A stretch of DNA of 64,000 nucleotides, from the NCBI GenBank assembly GCA_001179505.1, contig CDMY01000225.1, forward strand, positions 96,379-160,378, read 5' to 3'. The notes under the pieces are model-generated. The model saw only the letters and a list, made by a program, of their open reading frames with translations, was not told where the DNA came from and made no database searches. The stretch's first letter is position 1. Each line of letters begins with the position of its first letter. The stretch is from Vitrella brassicaformis CCMP3155 (taxonomy: Eukaryota > Protista > Chromerida). Positions 1-12,060 of this stretch are shown one piece after another. Made by a program: the position numbers and the translations under genes.

Positions 1-1626
1 GCGCTACTCTGCCGAGGCGGAAGTGAGCTCAGGGATCGTCATAGCGCTGCTCTTTGCCCTGCGTCTCGTCCAAACTGCCAGCCTGCAGCCAGCCGTGGGA
101 CCACTCATACTGTCAGTGAGAGGGAGAACCACACAGAGAGAGATGTCTGATGCCGTGTCTCATGTCTCCATCTGTCAGTGCCATTGTGAGGATGTTATCG
201 GACATCAGCATGTTTCTGTGTCTGTACGTCTACATCTTGCTGGTCTTCGCGGTCGTCTTCACCCTCCTCTCGTCCGACGAAGACCACCAGTACTTCGGCT
301 CCTTAGCCAAAGCCACACTCACACTGTACTCGATGACACCAACACAGAGAGAGCCGCCAGCCGTGATATATTAGAAGGTGCGGTAACGTTCTGATATGAT
401 TCTTTGTCCATTAGTTTCTACGCGGGTCTTGGCGACTTCAGCGACCCATTGAACAACGCCATAGAGAGCCACGACACACTGGGGGCCGTCCTGCTGTTCA
501 CATACGTCATCCTCTCGTCCATCATACTCGTAAGTCGGCAGCACTCAGGCACTCAGCAACACACGATGTACCATGATTGACTCCCCTTGTTGTCCTTGTC
601 TCTCTCTGTCATCATAAAGAGCTCAACCTCCTCATCGCCATCATGGTGAGATACACCTGAGAGTGTATAATGCAGGGCCCAATGATGTGTACGTCAGGCG
701 TCGACGTTTGCGGCCATCGAGGAAAAGCAAACCGCACAATACCAGTCAGTAGACAGCAAGGGAGACAGACAGACAGACAGACAGACAGACAGCGGCACAT
801 AAGGGCCCTCTCTCCCCTTTCTCTGCAGGCTGCTGCGCGTCCCCGTGTTGAATGAGTACCTGACAATGCCACACCATGAGCGCCTCCCGCCACCCTTCAA
901 CCTCATCGGTCAGGCACGAGACATGAGACTTAAAGTGCATCCATCACATGTGACCATGATCTGTGTGTGTGCAGCTGTGGTCGTGTCGGAGCCCCTGCGA
1001 TACCTCGCCTCCCTCATAAGCGGACAGCAGTCGGCACTCTGCCGCATTGCCTTCTGTTTGATGAAGGTCCTCTACTTTACCATCGATGCGCTCCTGTGCG
1101 CCGTCGCCTTCACACCCGCATTCATCTACAAAGCACTGGAGGCGTTCCCACGAGCCATACGGCAGGGCTACTTGGCGGCACTTTCTGTTGCACTTGTCAT
1201 TCTCCTAATGCCCGTTCTTCTTCTGTACCAATACGCCCGGAGAGTAAGGCTACAAGTCACATGATATGAGACAAACAGTGGCCTTGTCTCATCTCTCCGG
1301 AATGGTCGGGTAGGGGTTGTCGTTCTTTTCTTTTGAGGCCACTGAAAGTGACAATTCGGAGATGGCTGATAAGAGGCGTAAAGCGCGGATATTCCTCAGA
1401 GACAGCATCGACAAGTGGATCGAGGCGGCGGATCAACACGACTCGAGCGTGCCGGACGTCATGGCAGGTCAGACACGCAGGCAGGCACTCACAGAAAGAC
1501 TGAGCAATCTTGAATGTAATTCATGCAGCATTGGAATCCATGGACAGACGACACGCCGCCCGGCATTCACAGATCGAGAAGCGGCTGACGGAACTGGAGG
1601 CATACATCAAGGCGAAGCTCAAATAG
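1..1626 (+). CDS. Ankyrin/TRP-like cation channel, copy 1 (3' part only: S4 to C-terminus)
   Basis: Spliced exons give ...LLFALRLVQTASLQPAVGPLIL (S4), S5 ISMFLCLYVYILLVFAVVFTLL, pore FYAGLGDF, S6 LGAVLLFTYVILSSIILLNLLIAIM, an LPPPFNL motif and a coiled-coil end LTELEAYIKAKLK* (TAG 1624-1626). Clear paralog of three other copies in the window. Confidence 0.85.
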
Positions 1627-1946
1627 GCGGCGTGGCGCAGCGACCGATTGCACGGCCTTTGAATGACAAACATACAATTGCCGACGTGCCTCAATAATCT
1701 GTGTGACGCCCATGCTTCGGAATGATGAAACGACACTGTGACACTGCATGACGTGTGCACAAGTGTCGAAGAATTGATCAATCGTTCTGTAGTTGGCGCC
1801 GTCGTACGCGTGTGCGGGTCGTGCAGCACCAGGAGGCAATTTTTGCCAGCAGCGTGAGGGCCGTCTCCATCTGGGGTTGCAGGGTATGAAACCCTGTGGA
1901 ATTTCTGACAAGCTCGCACGGCAAAGCCTTTTTTCCCCGGATCACG

Positions 1947-4895
1947 ATGACAGAGAAGCAGTTGGTATGCAGAAAGCACATAAATGATGGACGGTCACTC
2001 CGTGCTTGTTTGTGTTTGTTTCATCAGGTTGACGCCATCGAGGAGGTGACTGACGTGAGCCTGGAGATAGGCGGCCGCGAGGCCACCAACCTGCAGAGGG
2101 ACGTCTGTGACTTAATCAAGGACGTACCCAATGGACCAAAGGTACACACACACACAGTGAGGAACGATGGTGTGTGACTCATTCATCTCGTTCCACCTCC
2201 CTCGTGGCCTCTCCCCCCTCCCCCCCCGAAACGATGTGTGCAGATTGCCGTGCAGCACCTCAGAAAGAAAGTGACGGTGAGGGAAAGAGAAGCGAGCAAT
2301 GAGTCTCAAGCACAGACACAGCTGTTCCTGATGTGTCCGTTTGTGTCGCTTCGATTGGTGTGTTGCCTGTCCGCGTTCGTCTGTCTATCTGCAGGCCCAG
2401 AATGCGAAGATCCAGCTGTTGGGTCTGCAGACGCTTGAGCAGGCCATGAGGGAGTGCACACTGCCCTTCCACCAAAAGGTGGCGGAGAAGGACTTCCTCG
2501 GCGCACTTGGTATGAATGCACCGACCGACACACCGAAAAGAACCACAAAGGAAAGTGCTTGCGTGTCATCATCGCTCAGTTCGCGTCCTCCAGCGGCCCA
2601 ATCTCGACAGCAGAGTCCGAGACAAGGTCGGCACGAGAGATTGCGGCCACCCACAGACGCCTGGTGTCTTTTCCACTGCTCTGCTGTATTGATATGTCCC
2701 TGCAGATACTCCGTATGGTGTCATCGTGGGCCAACGAGTTTGCGAGCGAGGCCGACCTGCTGCCGGGCTTCCAGCACGTCTTCAAGCACCTGCAGGACAA
2801 AGGTGCATTTGCGAAGAGAAAGCAGCGCGTCCGACCCACCAAGGCACCTCTCGTGGCTGTGTGTTAGGTTTCCACATGCCTGGCGGCCCACGGATGCCCG
2901 CCGAGACCGACGCAACGGCATACAAACGAGGGGTGAGACGAGGACCACGACACCGTCTCCACCTCGCGCACCCAGATGCTTTTGTCGATGTGCGTCACTC
3001 AATCTAGGTTGACCGTGACCTGAAGGGTCAGCTGGCGACCTTCAGAGAAGCCACCATCCTCTTCAATGTAAGCACATGGCTGGTAGGGAGGCGATCGAGA
3101 GGAGAAAGGCGTATGGTGTGGTTGCTTGTGTATGTGATGACGTCACCTATGTCGCAGGAGATGCTTAGCAGCTGCAAGCAGAACGACAACCTGGCCAGAA
3201 ACGATGTAGGCCATAATGACATACACACACAGGCCGCCAGAGGTGACATAGCCATTTGGCTGCACCTCTTGCTGCGTGTGTGTGTGTTTCAGGCCCTGCA
3301 GACCCTGCTCATAACTCTCAAGCAAGCCGCCCATACGCTGCAGACGTACGCACAGACACACACACGATGGCTTGTCGGATGTCATTGCCCTTTCCCTTCT
3401 CGATTATATGTGCAGTGAGATCGAGCGCGAGTCGTCCGGCGATGCCCTCAACGAGTGCATCGAAGTCAACGATATCGTACAGGCGGTCAGTGTCAGCAAC
3501 CAACAAAAGGAACCAAGGAGGCCATCAGGTGCCTGTGGGTCTGTCTGGTTGCTGCAGGCGCTTCGTCAGTACCAAGACCAGCTGCGTGGCGCCCCGCCCC
3601 TCCGCCCACCAGCTGCAGGTGGTCGCTCGGCCCCTCCTGCGTCGGGCACCAGTGCCGTCAAGAGCGGCAGAGTCGTCGACCACCGCAGGTCGGTGGGCAT
3701 CCCCCCAACACCCACCAACACTCACCAAAACAGCGGAGCGGACAATACCATGACGACCGGTCGTCTGTGTGTGTCTAGGGACGAGTCTGATGAGGACGAG
3801 GAGGAGGAGGATGAAGACGAGGATGAGGAAGAGGAGGAGAGCGAGTCAGAGGACGACGAACGGCAGCGGCCGCAGCAGGGCAGGGCCAGGCAGACGCAAC
3901 AACAACAACATCAGCAGCAGCAGCGGCAGGCACCTGCTGCTGGACAGCACCCACAGGGGCGAATGATGGTGAGGACACAATGCAGACGAGGAGAGAGGTG
4001 CGAATGCCTCCACGTGTGTGTCTTTCGCTGCCGTGTGGTTCTTGCAGCCTGGGGCTGCTCCTCAGCGCCCAGCGGCGATGCACCACCAGCAGCAGCAGCA
4101 GTATCCCTCGCACCCCCAGGCGATGCGGCCCACCCACACCCAGGGCACCACCCCGCCCATGCAGGCGACATACGCCACAGCAGCAGCAGCGTCATCCACA
4201 TACCCCTCTCAAACACAGCCACAGCCCGGGCGCCCCACACAGTCTCTGCAGCAGCACCAGCAGCAGCCGTCATACCCCAACTACCCACAGCAGGCCACCA
4301 GCGCCTACCACCAGCAGCAGCAGCAGATGCGCCCGCAGCAGCAGCAGATGGGTGGTGGTAGTGGCGCTGTGAATCCGTTTGGTGGGTCTGTATCGGCTTC
4401 TCAGCCACAGGGCTATGGTGGTCAGCAGGGGGTGGGTGGGGGGTATGGCGTGGCGGGCAGGGCCGGCAATGTGATGGCCACTGCTGGGGGGCAGCAGCAA
4501 GCCGCTGGTTTGCAACAGGGCATACCGGTAGGTATATGAGTGATTTAGAGTGAGAGAGAGAAAGACTTGGAACCGACACGCACGGCATCCTACTGAGTCG
4601 CTCTGTGTGTGTGTGTGTGTGTGTATGTGTGCAGGGATACAGTGTGATGGGTGGCGGTCAAGGCGGCTATGGCTCAGTGCAGCAGGGCATTCAGGGTCTG
4701 CCCATGCAGGGAATCCAGGGCTTCCCGGCCGCCAGTGCTGGCGCCGGCCGCCAGCAGGGCGCCTACCCCAACCAGTACGGCTACCAGCAACAACAACAGC
4801 AGCAGCAGCAGCAGCAGTACACCCAGATGCAGCAGATGCAGCAGAGGAGGCGGCAGCCGGGGGAGAGGGACGATCTGTCGGACCTGCTTGCCTGA
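1947..4895 (+). CDS. TOM1/TOL-like VHS plus GAT domain trafficking protein with Gln/Gly-rich tail
   Basis: Exons give MTEKQLVDAIEEVTD...QRDVCDLIKDVPNGPK, KIQLLGLQTLEQAMRECTLPFHQKVAEKDFL and ILRMVSSWANEF (VHS pattern). These are followed by FREATILFNEMLSSC...DALNECIEVNDIVQ (GAT-like), an acidic run and poly-Q, ending DDLSDLLA*. Confidence 0.8.
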
Positions 4896-5617
4896 TTTTT
4901 GGTGGCCACTGCGCTTGTGGGCTCCTGTGCGTTGTGCGTTTTTCTCCACTGCATGTGGTTGCGTAGTGTAGCATACCTACGTGGGGCAGATTTTCATGAT
5001 AACGAGAACGACGGGGACGCCCCGTACACAGTGAGGTTGGTTGCAGAGAGAGAGAGATGTGCGCGCGTGTGTGTGCAAGGGACAGAGAGAAATGGATCGG
5101 TATGAATTGGTTGGTGTTAATTTCTGCTGTCCATTCCATGCATCCATCCATCCATTGTCGGCAGCACAAATCCTAGACTACACGACAAGACCACACACAA
5201 GAGCAGCCACACATCCATCCATCCTTCCATCCTTCCATCCAGACATGCAGGTCAAGTCACATCCACGAGAATCTCTCTCTTAAGACTGTCATGCCTCAAC
5301 GTCATCACTCTGACATCACGAAACCCACCCCCTCTCCGCCCCCCTCTCTGCCCTCTCCGCGCTATCTCTCTCTCTCTCCCTCTCTCTCTCCACGCGAATT
5401 CGCGTACTGTATGAAGCCCTTCCCTCCCTCCCTCCCTCCCTCCCTCCCTCCCCAATTAGCCACCCAGGTCGACACATGAATCACAGAGAATCACGCCTGG
5501 CTGGCGGGCGGGCTGGCTGCCTCTAATCCTACACTCAGCCAGCCAGCCAGCCAGCCTCAATTGCCACGTCTCCTTCGCTAAGCCGCTCGTTCGCATCTTC
5601 GTCAGTCAGTCAGTCAG

Positions 5618-8071
5618 TCATTCGAACTTGAAGAAGGATTCGTTAGTGAGTGCGAGGATGGGGTCGGTCAATGGGTCGTCGAACGGATCCACATACTCGC
5701 TCCGGTGCTCCTGCGTCCTCGCTGTCGCATACTCGCTCGCCGTCGACATCTCCTCTGCCCCATAAGGGGGTGGGGGGCCGTAGGGCGGCTGCTGCTGCTG
5801 CTGCTGCTGCTGACGGTGCTGCTCTTGTTGCGGTTGCTGCACGTAAGGCAGGTCCCTCCATTGGTTCAGGTAGGGGTCCTCTCCTGAGCGAATGGGCACG
5901 TCTGCCCCTTCTCTCTGCAGCAGCGGGGAAGAGGATGAAGGGGCCGGGGCTGGGGCTGCGGTGGGATGGATGGACGAAGGCGGGGTCATGACGTTGATGA
6001 CGTGTCGCGCGTGCGATGTGCGCTTTTCATAGGACACCCCATCGCAAAAGCCCTCCAAGTGGCCGCTAGTAGTGCCCTCGACCCGCCCCCGTGAAGAGGC
6101 AGACAAGTCCTGAAGATGCTGACCCTTCGGCTGATCAAACGCCGCCTGCCGATGGTGAGGGCGATACTCGTCAGGTGACATCACCCCACCACCACCACCA
6201 CCCTGGTCATGCTGCTGCGGCCTCTTCCCCGGCCGCGTGTAGTGAGGGCGTGGCCCTGGGAACAAAGCGTTGGATGGGGCCATACCAGCGGCGCCAGCAG
6301 CAGCAGAAGGGTCATGATGGGGGGGCCGGGAGATGTGGGGCGGTCGGAAGGAACCGTGGGAGTGCTGGCCGTGTGGCTGCAGGGGTGGAGAGGACGGCAG
6401 AGCGGTCACTGCTGACCGCTCGCTGGCGAGGTGGACGAACACGATTTGGCCGTCGACGATGCGCTGCGGTTCGAGCAGCACCTGCTGGGCGCTGTCGGTG
6501 TCGCGGTATGTCACAAAACCTGTACACATACCATGGAGGGATGGACGGATGGTCACACGCCTTTGTGTGAGCTGATCAACTGGATCGTACCGAATCCCTT
6601 GCTCCGTCCGTATCGGTCATGGAGGACCGTCACATCATCGACCTCGCCTTCCTGCTCGAACACACGCCGCACGGCGTCGCACGACGTGCGCTGGTTGAGA
6701 TTCCTGCGGATGGATGGATGGGATGGGCAGGAAAGGAACGAAATGAGCGCTACACGACTCTCGCTCGAGAGCTGTGCTCGAGCAAAGCAAAGCTTGCCTG
6801 ATGAAGAGCTTCCTGCTCGCCAGGTCGTTGGTCCCCCCTCCCGGACAGGCACTAACGTCAACCGGGCCTGAAGTGGAAGCAAAAAGCATATGGATGAGGC
6901 AAACGAGCCAGTTTCCGTCAGTCAGTCCATCAAAAGCCCACCTGGGCTTGTGAAGTCGGCAAACGGGTTGAGGGATGTGCGATTTGTGGGGTCGGACGCC
7001 AGCCCAACCTGAGAGAGAGAGGAAGGACAAGAAACAGGCAGGCCACAATGCGAGGCGCCGCCGAGGTGGTTTGGGTGTTGTTGTGGTTGGGGTGAGCATA
7101 CGATGATGCGTCTCCCGTCGAGAGAAAGGTTCGACTGGATGGCCGCAACGGCGGCCTCCCGGGTGAGGAAGGTCACAAAGCCATAGCTAAGAGGAGAGCA
7201 GAGACAGGCACACAGCCAGAATGCATCTCTGCGGGCGTCTTTATCTTTCTCGCCGTGTGCCTGCTGTGCTGTGTGTACCCTCTGCTGCGTCCGTAGCCGT
7301 CACGCACGACAACTGCACCCATTCACAGATCCCATGTTGAGGTGTGGATGCTCAGTTCTGTACAGTGCAGCCATCCCACCCCGTCCCACCCACCTGCTTC
7401 TTCAGTCTCCCCGAACGACGAGAAGAAGTGCCGCAGCTGGCTGTCGTCAGTCGCGTAGGCCAAGTTCTGCACACACGCACACACACACACACACGCACAC
7501 ACACTCTGCAGAAGACAGGAGGGAGAGAGGCGAGGAAAGCGACGCACCTTGACATAAAGCCGACGATGAGCACGGCTCTGCAGAGCACACACACACACCG
7601 AACAGACCCGCCCGTGGTTGCGGCCGCCCTCTTTCTGTGCCGTTCCTGTCGTTTGTTTGTTTGTTTGTTTGTTTTTACCTGCGATGCGACCTCAATGATC
7701 CTTGACCTGGCCTCTGGCACCGACTGAGCCAGCCGGACAAGCAGCTCGATCAACTGCGATTTGTTGAGCGGCGCCAGCAGCCGCCTCAACTCCGCCCTGC
7801 CCTCTGTGGCGCCGTGGAAGCCGCCGTCATAGTTGGCCATGCCTCTCGCCTCGCCGCCTCCTTCCCACTCGAACGGCTGGATCCTGGGCGGCCACTGCGA
7901 TGAAGGTTCGCTGCCGAAAGAGGCAGCATCTGCCATGCCATAGTGGTCCAAGTGCTTGGCAGCCGCTGGGTCGGGCTGATAACTGAAGGGCGGTGGCGGA
8001 GACGACGGGATTGTCTGCTGGTGATACTGAGGACACTCCTCGATCCAACTTGTCGCCGAAGCTGATAACAT
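5618..8071 (-). CDS. Two-RRM RNA-binding protein, UBA2/hnRNP A/B-like
   Basis: N-terminal LLAPLNKSQLIELL...RIIEVASQSRAHRRLYVKNLAYATDDSQLRHFFSSFGE, then YGFVTFLTREAA (RRM1), and RKLFIRNLNQRTSCDAVRRVFEQEGEV...GFVTYRDTDSAQQVL (RRM2). Pro/Gln-rich tail. Confidence 0.85.
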
Positions 8072-8189
8072 AGTGCTGGGGAGGGACTTGAGAAGCTAAG
8101 GCGGCACATCCGCGCTCTTCTGCACCGATCGTTTGCTGCCAAGCTCGCAGTGAGAAAAGCACCGAAGGAGAAAAAGAGAGCGAGTGACC

Positions 8190-8950
8190 ATGTGGAACAC
8201 ACAGTCCACCATGCGCGCCTTGTGGAGGAGATTTTTGTCGAAGGGGGAGGCTGAGACGCTCCTGTGTCTGAGGAAAGGCGCCGGCAAGGCGTCCATCAGG
8301 GCGGCCCTCCGTTTTGTGTCGGCAGCGGGGGCGCATCCCGACAAGGGCGGCAGCGACCAGCAGGCACAGCAGCTGCAGAAGGCCCGGGACCTCCTCCTGA
8401 ACCACAAGGACACCCCCGACACACCGCGGCAGCCTGAGGACATCCCGTGCCTCGTCAAGCCGCTCACGTGTCTGCGGGAGCGCCAGGAGATCTGCCGCCT
8501 CTGCCAAAGCCGCATAGAGGCATGCATGCGCTGAGAGAACTTCTCATGTCGTGTGCACAACAGTCGAGAGCGCCGCTCACTCCTCTCCTGTTTATGTGGT
8601 GCCTTGCTTTATTGCAGAAGGAGAAGCGCCGCATGAAGAAGGACGAGGAGGAGATCCAATTCAACCTCGCCAGCACCATGGTCCCTCAGGAAGGCGCCCT
8701 GCCCACCATCCGCACGACGCCACCGACACGCAGCGGCGCTCTGCCAACCTCCCACCCCGAGCCGGCCTCCCACACCAAGGCCACCACCAGCCGCACCGAC
8801 GCCGGCACCACACAGGAGGACGGCGTCATCGAGGGAGAGGAGGCCGCCATCGGCGGGACGGGCTGCTGCAGCGGCAGCTGGGGTTGCTGGAAGTTCTTCG
8901 AGATCCTCCGCGACCCCTTCGGCTGCTGCTGCCCCACCACAGCCCACTGA
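8190..8950 (+). CDS. Small J-domain protein (Pam18/Tim14-type HPDKGGS) with Cys-rich C-terminal tail
   Basis: EAETLLCLRKGAGKASIRAALRFVSAAGAHPDKGGSDQQAQQLQKARDLLL. A second exon (8618-8950) joins in frame through a putative GC-AG intron at 8520-8617. Confidence 0.6.
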
Positions 8951-9167
8951 TGGGCTGTTGCTGGCGGGGGCGTGTTGTTAGGCGCGACCCCCCAGCAGCA
9001 GCCCATCAGGAATGACTAGACGGTACGGACACCACACACAAACAGACAGAGAGAGACAGACAAGTGCACTCCTACCTGCCATACACACCAACCTGTGGGT
9101 GCTTGCTCTTGTGGCCTGTGTCTGTTTGATCTGTCACTCAATCAGTGTTGTCGTGTGTATCGGGTTC

Positions 9168-11404
9168 TGAGCAAGGTCAACCGGGGCGAGGGTGGCGGGG
9201 CCTCGCCTGCGTCCTCCCTGCAGTCGAGCTTCAACGAGCCCTTCGCCAAGGTGCTTAACGAGGTGTGCCTGTCGTTGCGGACAGGAGACCCTCAGAGGGG
9301 CGGCACTCACCATCTCGAGCGGCTACCTGCGGTCGGCATCGGCTGCGAGCAGGCCCCCCTTCCCCCGCCCCTCCCAAGTCCCCCGAGATGCCCTCTCCCA
9401 CCCAGCCACCCAACGCGCAAGGAGACGCCTCGCCCACCGACAACGGCAGACGCTCTCCAAGAAGCCCTCGTTGTCGACTCTCCACAGAGTGATCGGCTAA
9501 TGAGGAGTGTCGACCTCGTCTGCATGGGTCGAGGGGTGTCTTCGGCGCTGGAGCGGGGCGAGACGGTCGGCCACTGGGCTCGGTCGGCGTCGATTGACGA
9601 GGAGCGGGCGGGTCATGCTGATGGGGCGTGGTACGGCCAGAGTGGGGCGTGGTACGGCCAGACTGTGTCCATCGAGCAGGCCCCTGTCTCAGACCTACTT
9701 GGACACTTCCTCGGTAAGCCAGCCACACACAGACCAACCAGCCGACCCAAAGAGGTGATGTGTCTGTCCGTATTTGATACTGTCGTCCCTTCAGGCTTGT
9801 TGTGCCAGGGTCCTGACGTCAAGGTGGCGAGAACGCCTTCGGCATCGAGCCCCTGAGCTCACTCTTTCACCTGAGTCTACGCGCCCTCCTGCTGGCCGGC
9901 CTCTGTGCGCAGATCCCCCGCATCGGCCCGCGTGGCGCCACCTACCAGACCAACAGCGGCGGCAAGGGCGGGCAGGGCAGGGCACCCGCTCATTCCCCAA
10001 AAAACGATCTGGAGCCGCAGGGAAGCAGCTCCCCCACTCGAGGTCGGGTGGAGTGAGGCCAGGCTGCCGCTGTCTTGCCCTACTCGGATTTCAGCATTGC
10101 TCGCAAGTAGACGATGGTGCTGTTCGGGCTGCAGCCCATCTCTGAGACCGTGCGGACCAGACCACCATGAAGGAAATGATAGATACGGTGAGAGAATAGG
10201 AGAGGGGGGGGGGGGGGTGTGAACCNNNNNNNNNNNNNNNNNNNNNNNNNNNNNNNNNNNNNNNNNNNNNNNNNNNNNNNNNNNNNNNNNNNNNNNNNNN
10301 NNNNNNNNNNNNNNNNNNNNNNNNNNNNNNNNNNNNNNNNNNNNNNNNNNNNNNNNNNNNNNNNNNNNNNNNNNNNNNNNNNNNNNNNNNNNNNNNNNNN
10401 NNNNNNNNNNNNNNNNNNNNNNNNNNNNNNNNNNNNNNNNNNNNNNNNNNNNNNNNNNNNNNNNNNNNNNNNNNNNNNNNNNNNNNNNNNNNNNNNNNNN
10501 NNNNNNNNNNNNNNNNNNNNNNNNNGGGGGGGGGGGGGGGGGGGGGTGTGAACCCACGGTGCTTCCATGCATTGCTTCCTGCCTGTTGTGTGCAGACGGT
10601 GTCATTCATGTTGGTTCAGTGGGGTGACCCACTTGCAGCGCAACCAATCCCTCGTTTGTGTACAGCCTGGTGCAGTCGACCTCCTCCTCCAGTCTTCACA
10701 GCGGCGCCCGACGACGCCCTGTGGGTAGAGGCCACACACCAAGACCAGGCCCCTCGACACGGCGAGGTACGTCGTGCCCTTCCTCCACCACCCTGCGGCT
10801 GGTCACGACCGTCATCATCAAGGTGGCTGACACGATGCGCACAGAGGGGCCCAGCGGCGGTGGTCCGGCCGCATAAGCAGCAGCGAGTTTAACGCGACAG
10901 AGAAGTTTGTCGCCGACCTTCTGGGGGCGCTGCGCGGGTGCGTGCGGCAGTCGTCCAATATGTACTGCCCTCATGGTTCTCAAGTCTCTACTGCGCATCC
11001 ACTGGGACCCCACCTCACCTCACAGGCAAGCATGCGTGGGTGTCAGGGGTCAGATTGACGTCATTCATTGGTCCTGTGTCATATCGTGTGTGTCTGCAGG
11101 GTTGCCTCGATGGTGCCTGACACACCTACAAGTCGCCGGGCAGCGCTCACTCCCCTTCTCACGCACGAGCGAAGCCGACTCGAAGCGAAGCCGACTCGAC
11201 AGGCTCGGTACGGGCGAAGTCGATAATTCGACAGACCCGTCGACTCGACGCGACAGACCCGTGCTTGCACACGCACACCCAGCGAGGCCACGCGCGCGGC
11301 GAAGGACCCCCAGCCCAGCAAGGCGACCAGTGCAGACACCGCAGTGGGAGTGGGGTGGCGTCGGTCGGCTGTCGGGTTTGTCGGTCTCTGTCTTTCCCCA
11401 GTGA
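9168..11404 (+). CDS. Hypothetical multi-exon protein spanning the first assembly gap
   Basis: Several exon-like segments bounded by AG/GT sites (for example VLSKVNRGEGGG...FAKVLNE and AWCSRPPPPVFTAAPDDALWVEA). No recognisable domain; boundaries uncertain. Confidence 0.3.
10226..10525. other. Assembly gap (300 N) at a poly-G tract
   Basis: Run of N, with G(n)TGTGAACC on both flanks. Confidence 0.99.
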
Positions 11405-12060
11405 TGATGTACGGCGCTAGAGGGAAGTGTGGGAGTGCAAAACTCGTGCGGGAGGAGGAAGGTACGAGACCTACACATACATATGGCGGAGGTCATATCA
11501 TCTCATGTCACATGTGGGCGTAGAGGTGCTGGTGGGTTCGTGTCCGGCCGCGGGAGTGCCGTCTCCGCGCTGCAGATGCCCCCACACCATCTCGCAGCAG
11601 CCCACACACCTGAGCGACGCGACACATCTGGCCAGATGTGCCCCGTGATCCCGGAAACCGACCAGGTGGGTGCACAGGGAGGACAGGGGAGGGAGAGGCC
11701 AGTGGGGGGAGCAAGGAGCGTCAATCAGTCACCACAACGTGTGTGTTGCTTTCTCTCTGCTTCTCCCCCTCTCTCTCTCTCTGTGTGTGTGTGCAGCCGT
11801 CAGCTGTGCATAGCCACAGCTGACGCCAACGCCACGGCGGTTAACAGCACTGCTCCAGCCAAGGCTTCACTTCTTCTCGCACCAAGCCATTTAGGAGGAA
11901 GAGATCCTGACGCTGTGTCACAAGGCCCACTACCGCTCACTCGCAGGCTTCTCGTGTTGTCCATTCGTTCTTTTTTCCCCATGAACCGATTTCCTTTGCC
12001 GCCGTTTCGTCTGTTGGCTGGCCGGCCTCTCCAGGGGCGCGTGTGTGGCGGTCACTGCTT

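Noticed and set aside
3911-5169. Long antisense ORFs over the Gln-rich tail of the VHS gene
   Set aside because: Reverse frames of CAG-rich, GC-rich sequence lack stops by composition.
8325-8355. HPDKGG as a polyomavirus T-antigen remnant
   Set aside because: The same motif occurs in cellular Pam18/Tim14-type J proteins, and there is no helicase or other viral gene nearby.
9877-10609. Long ORFs crossing the first N gap (and likewise at 48701-49247)
   Set aside because: Their length comes from translating Ns as X.
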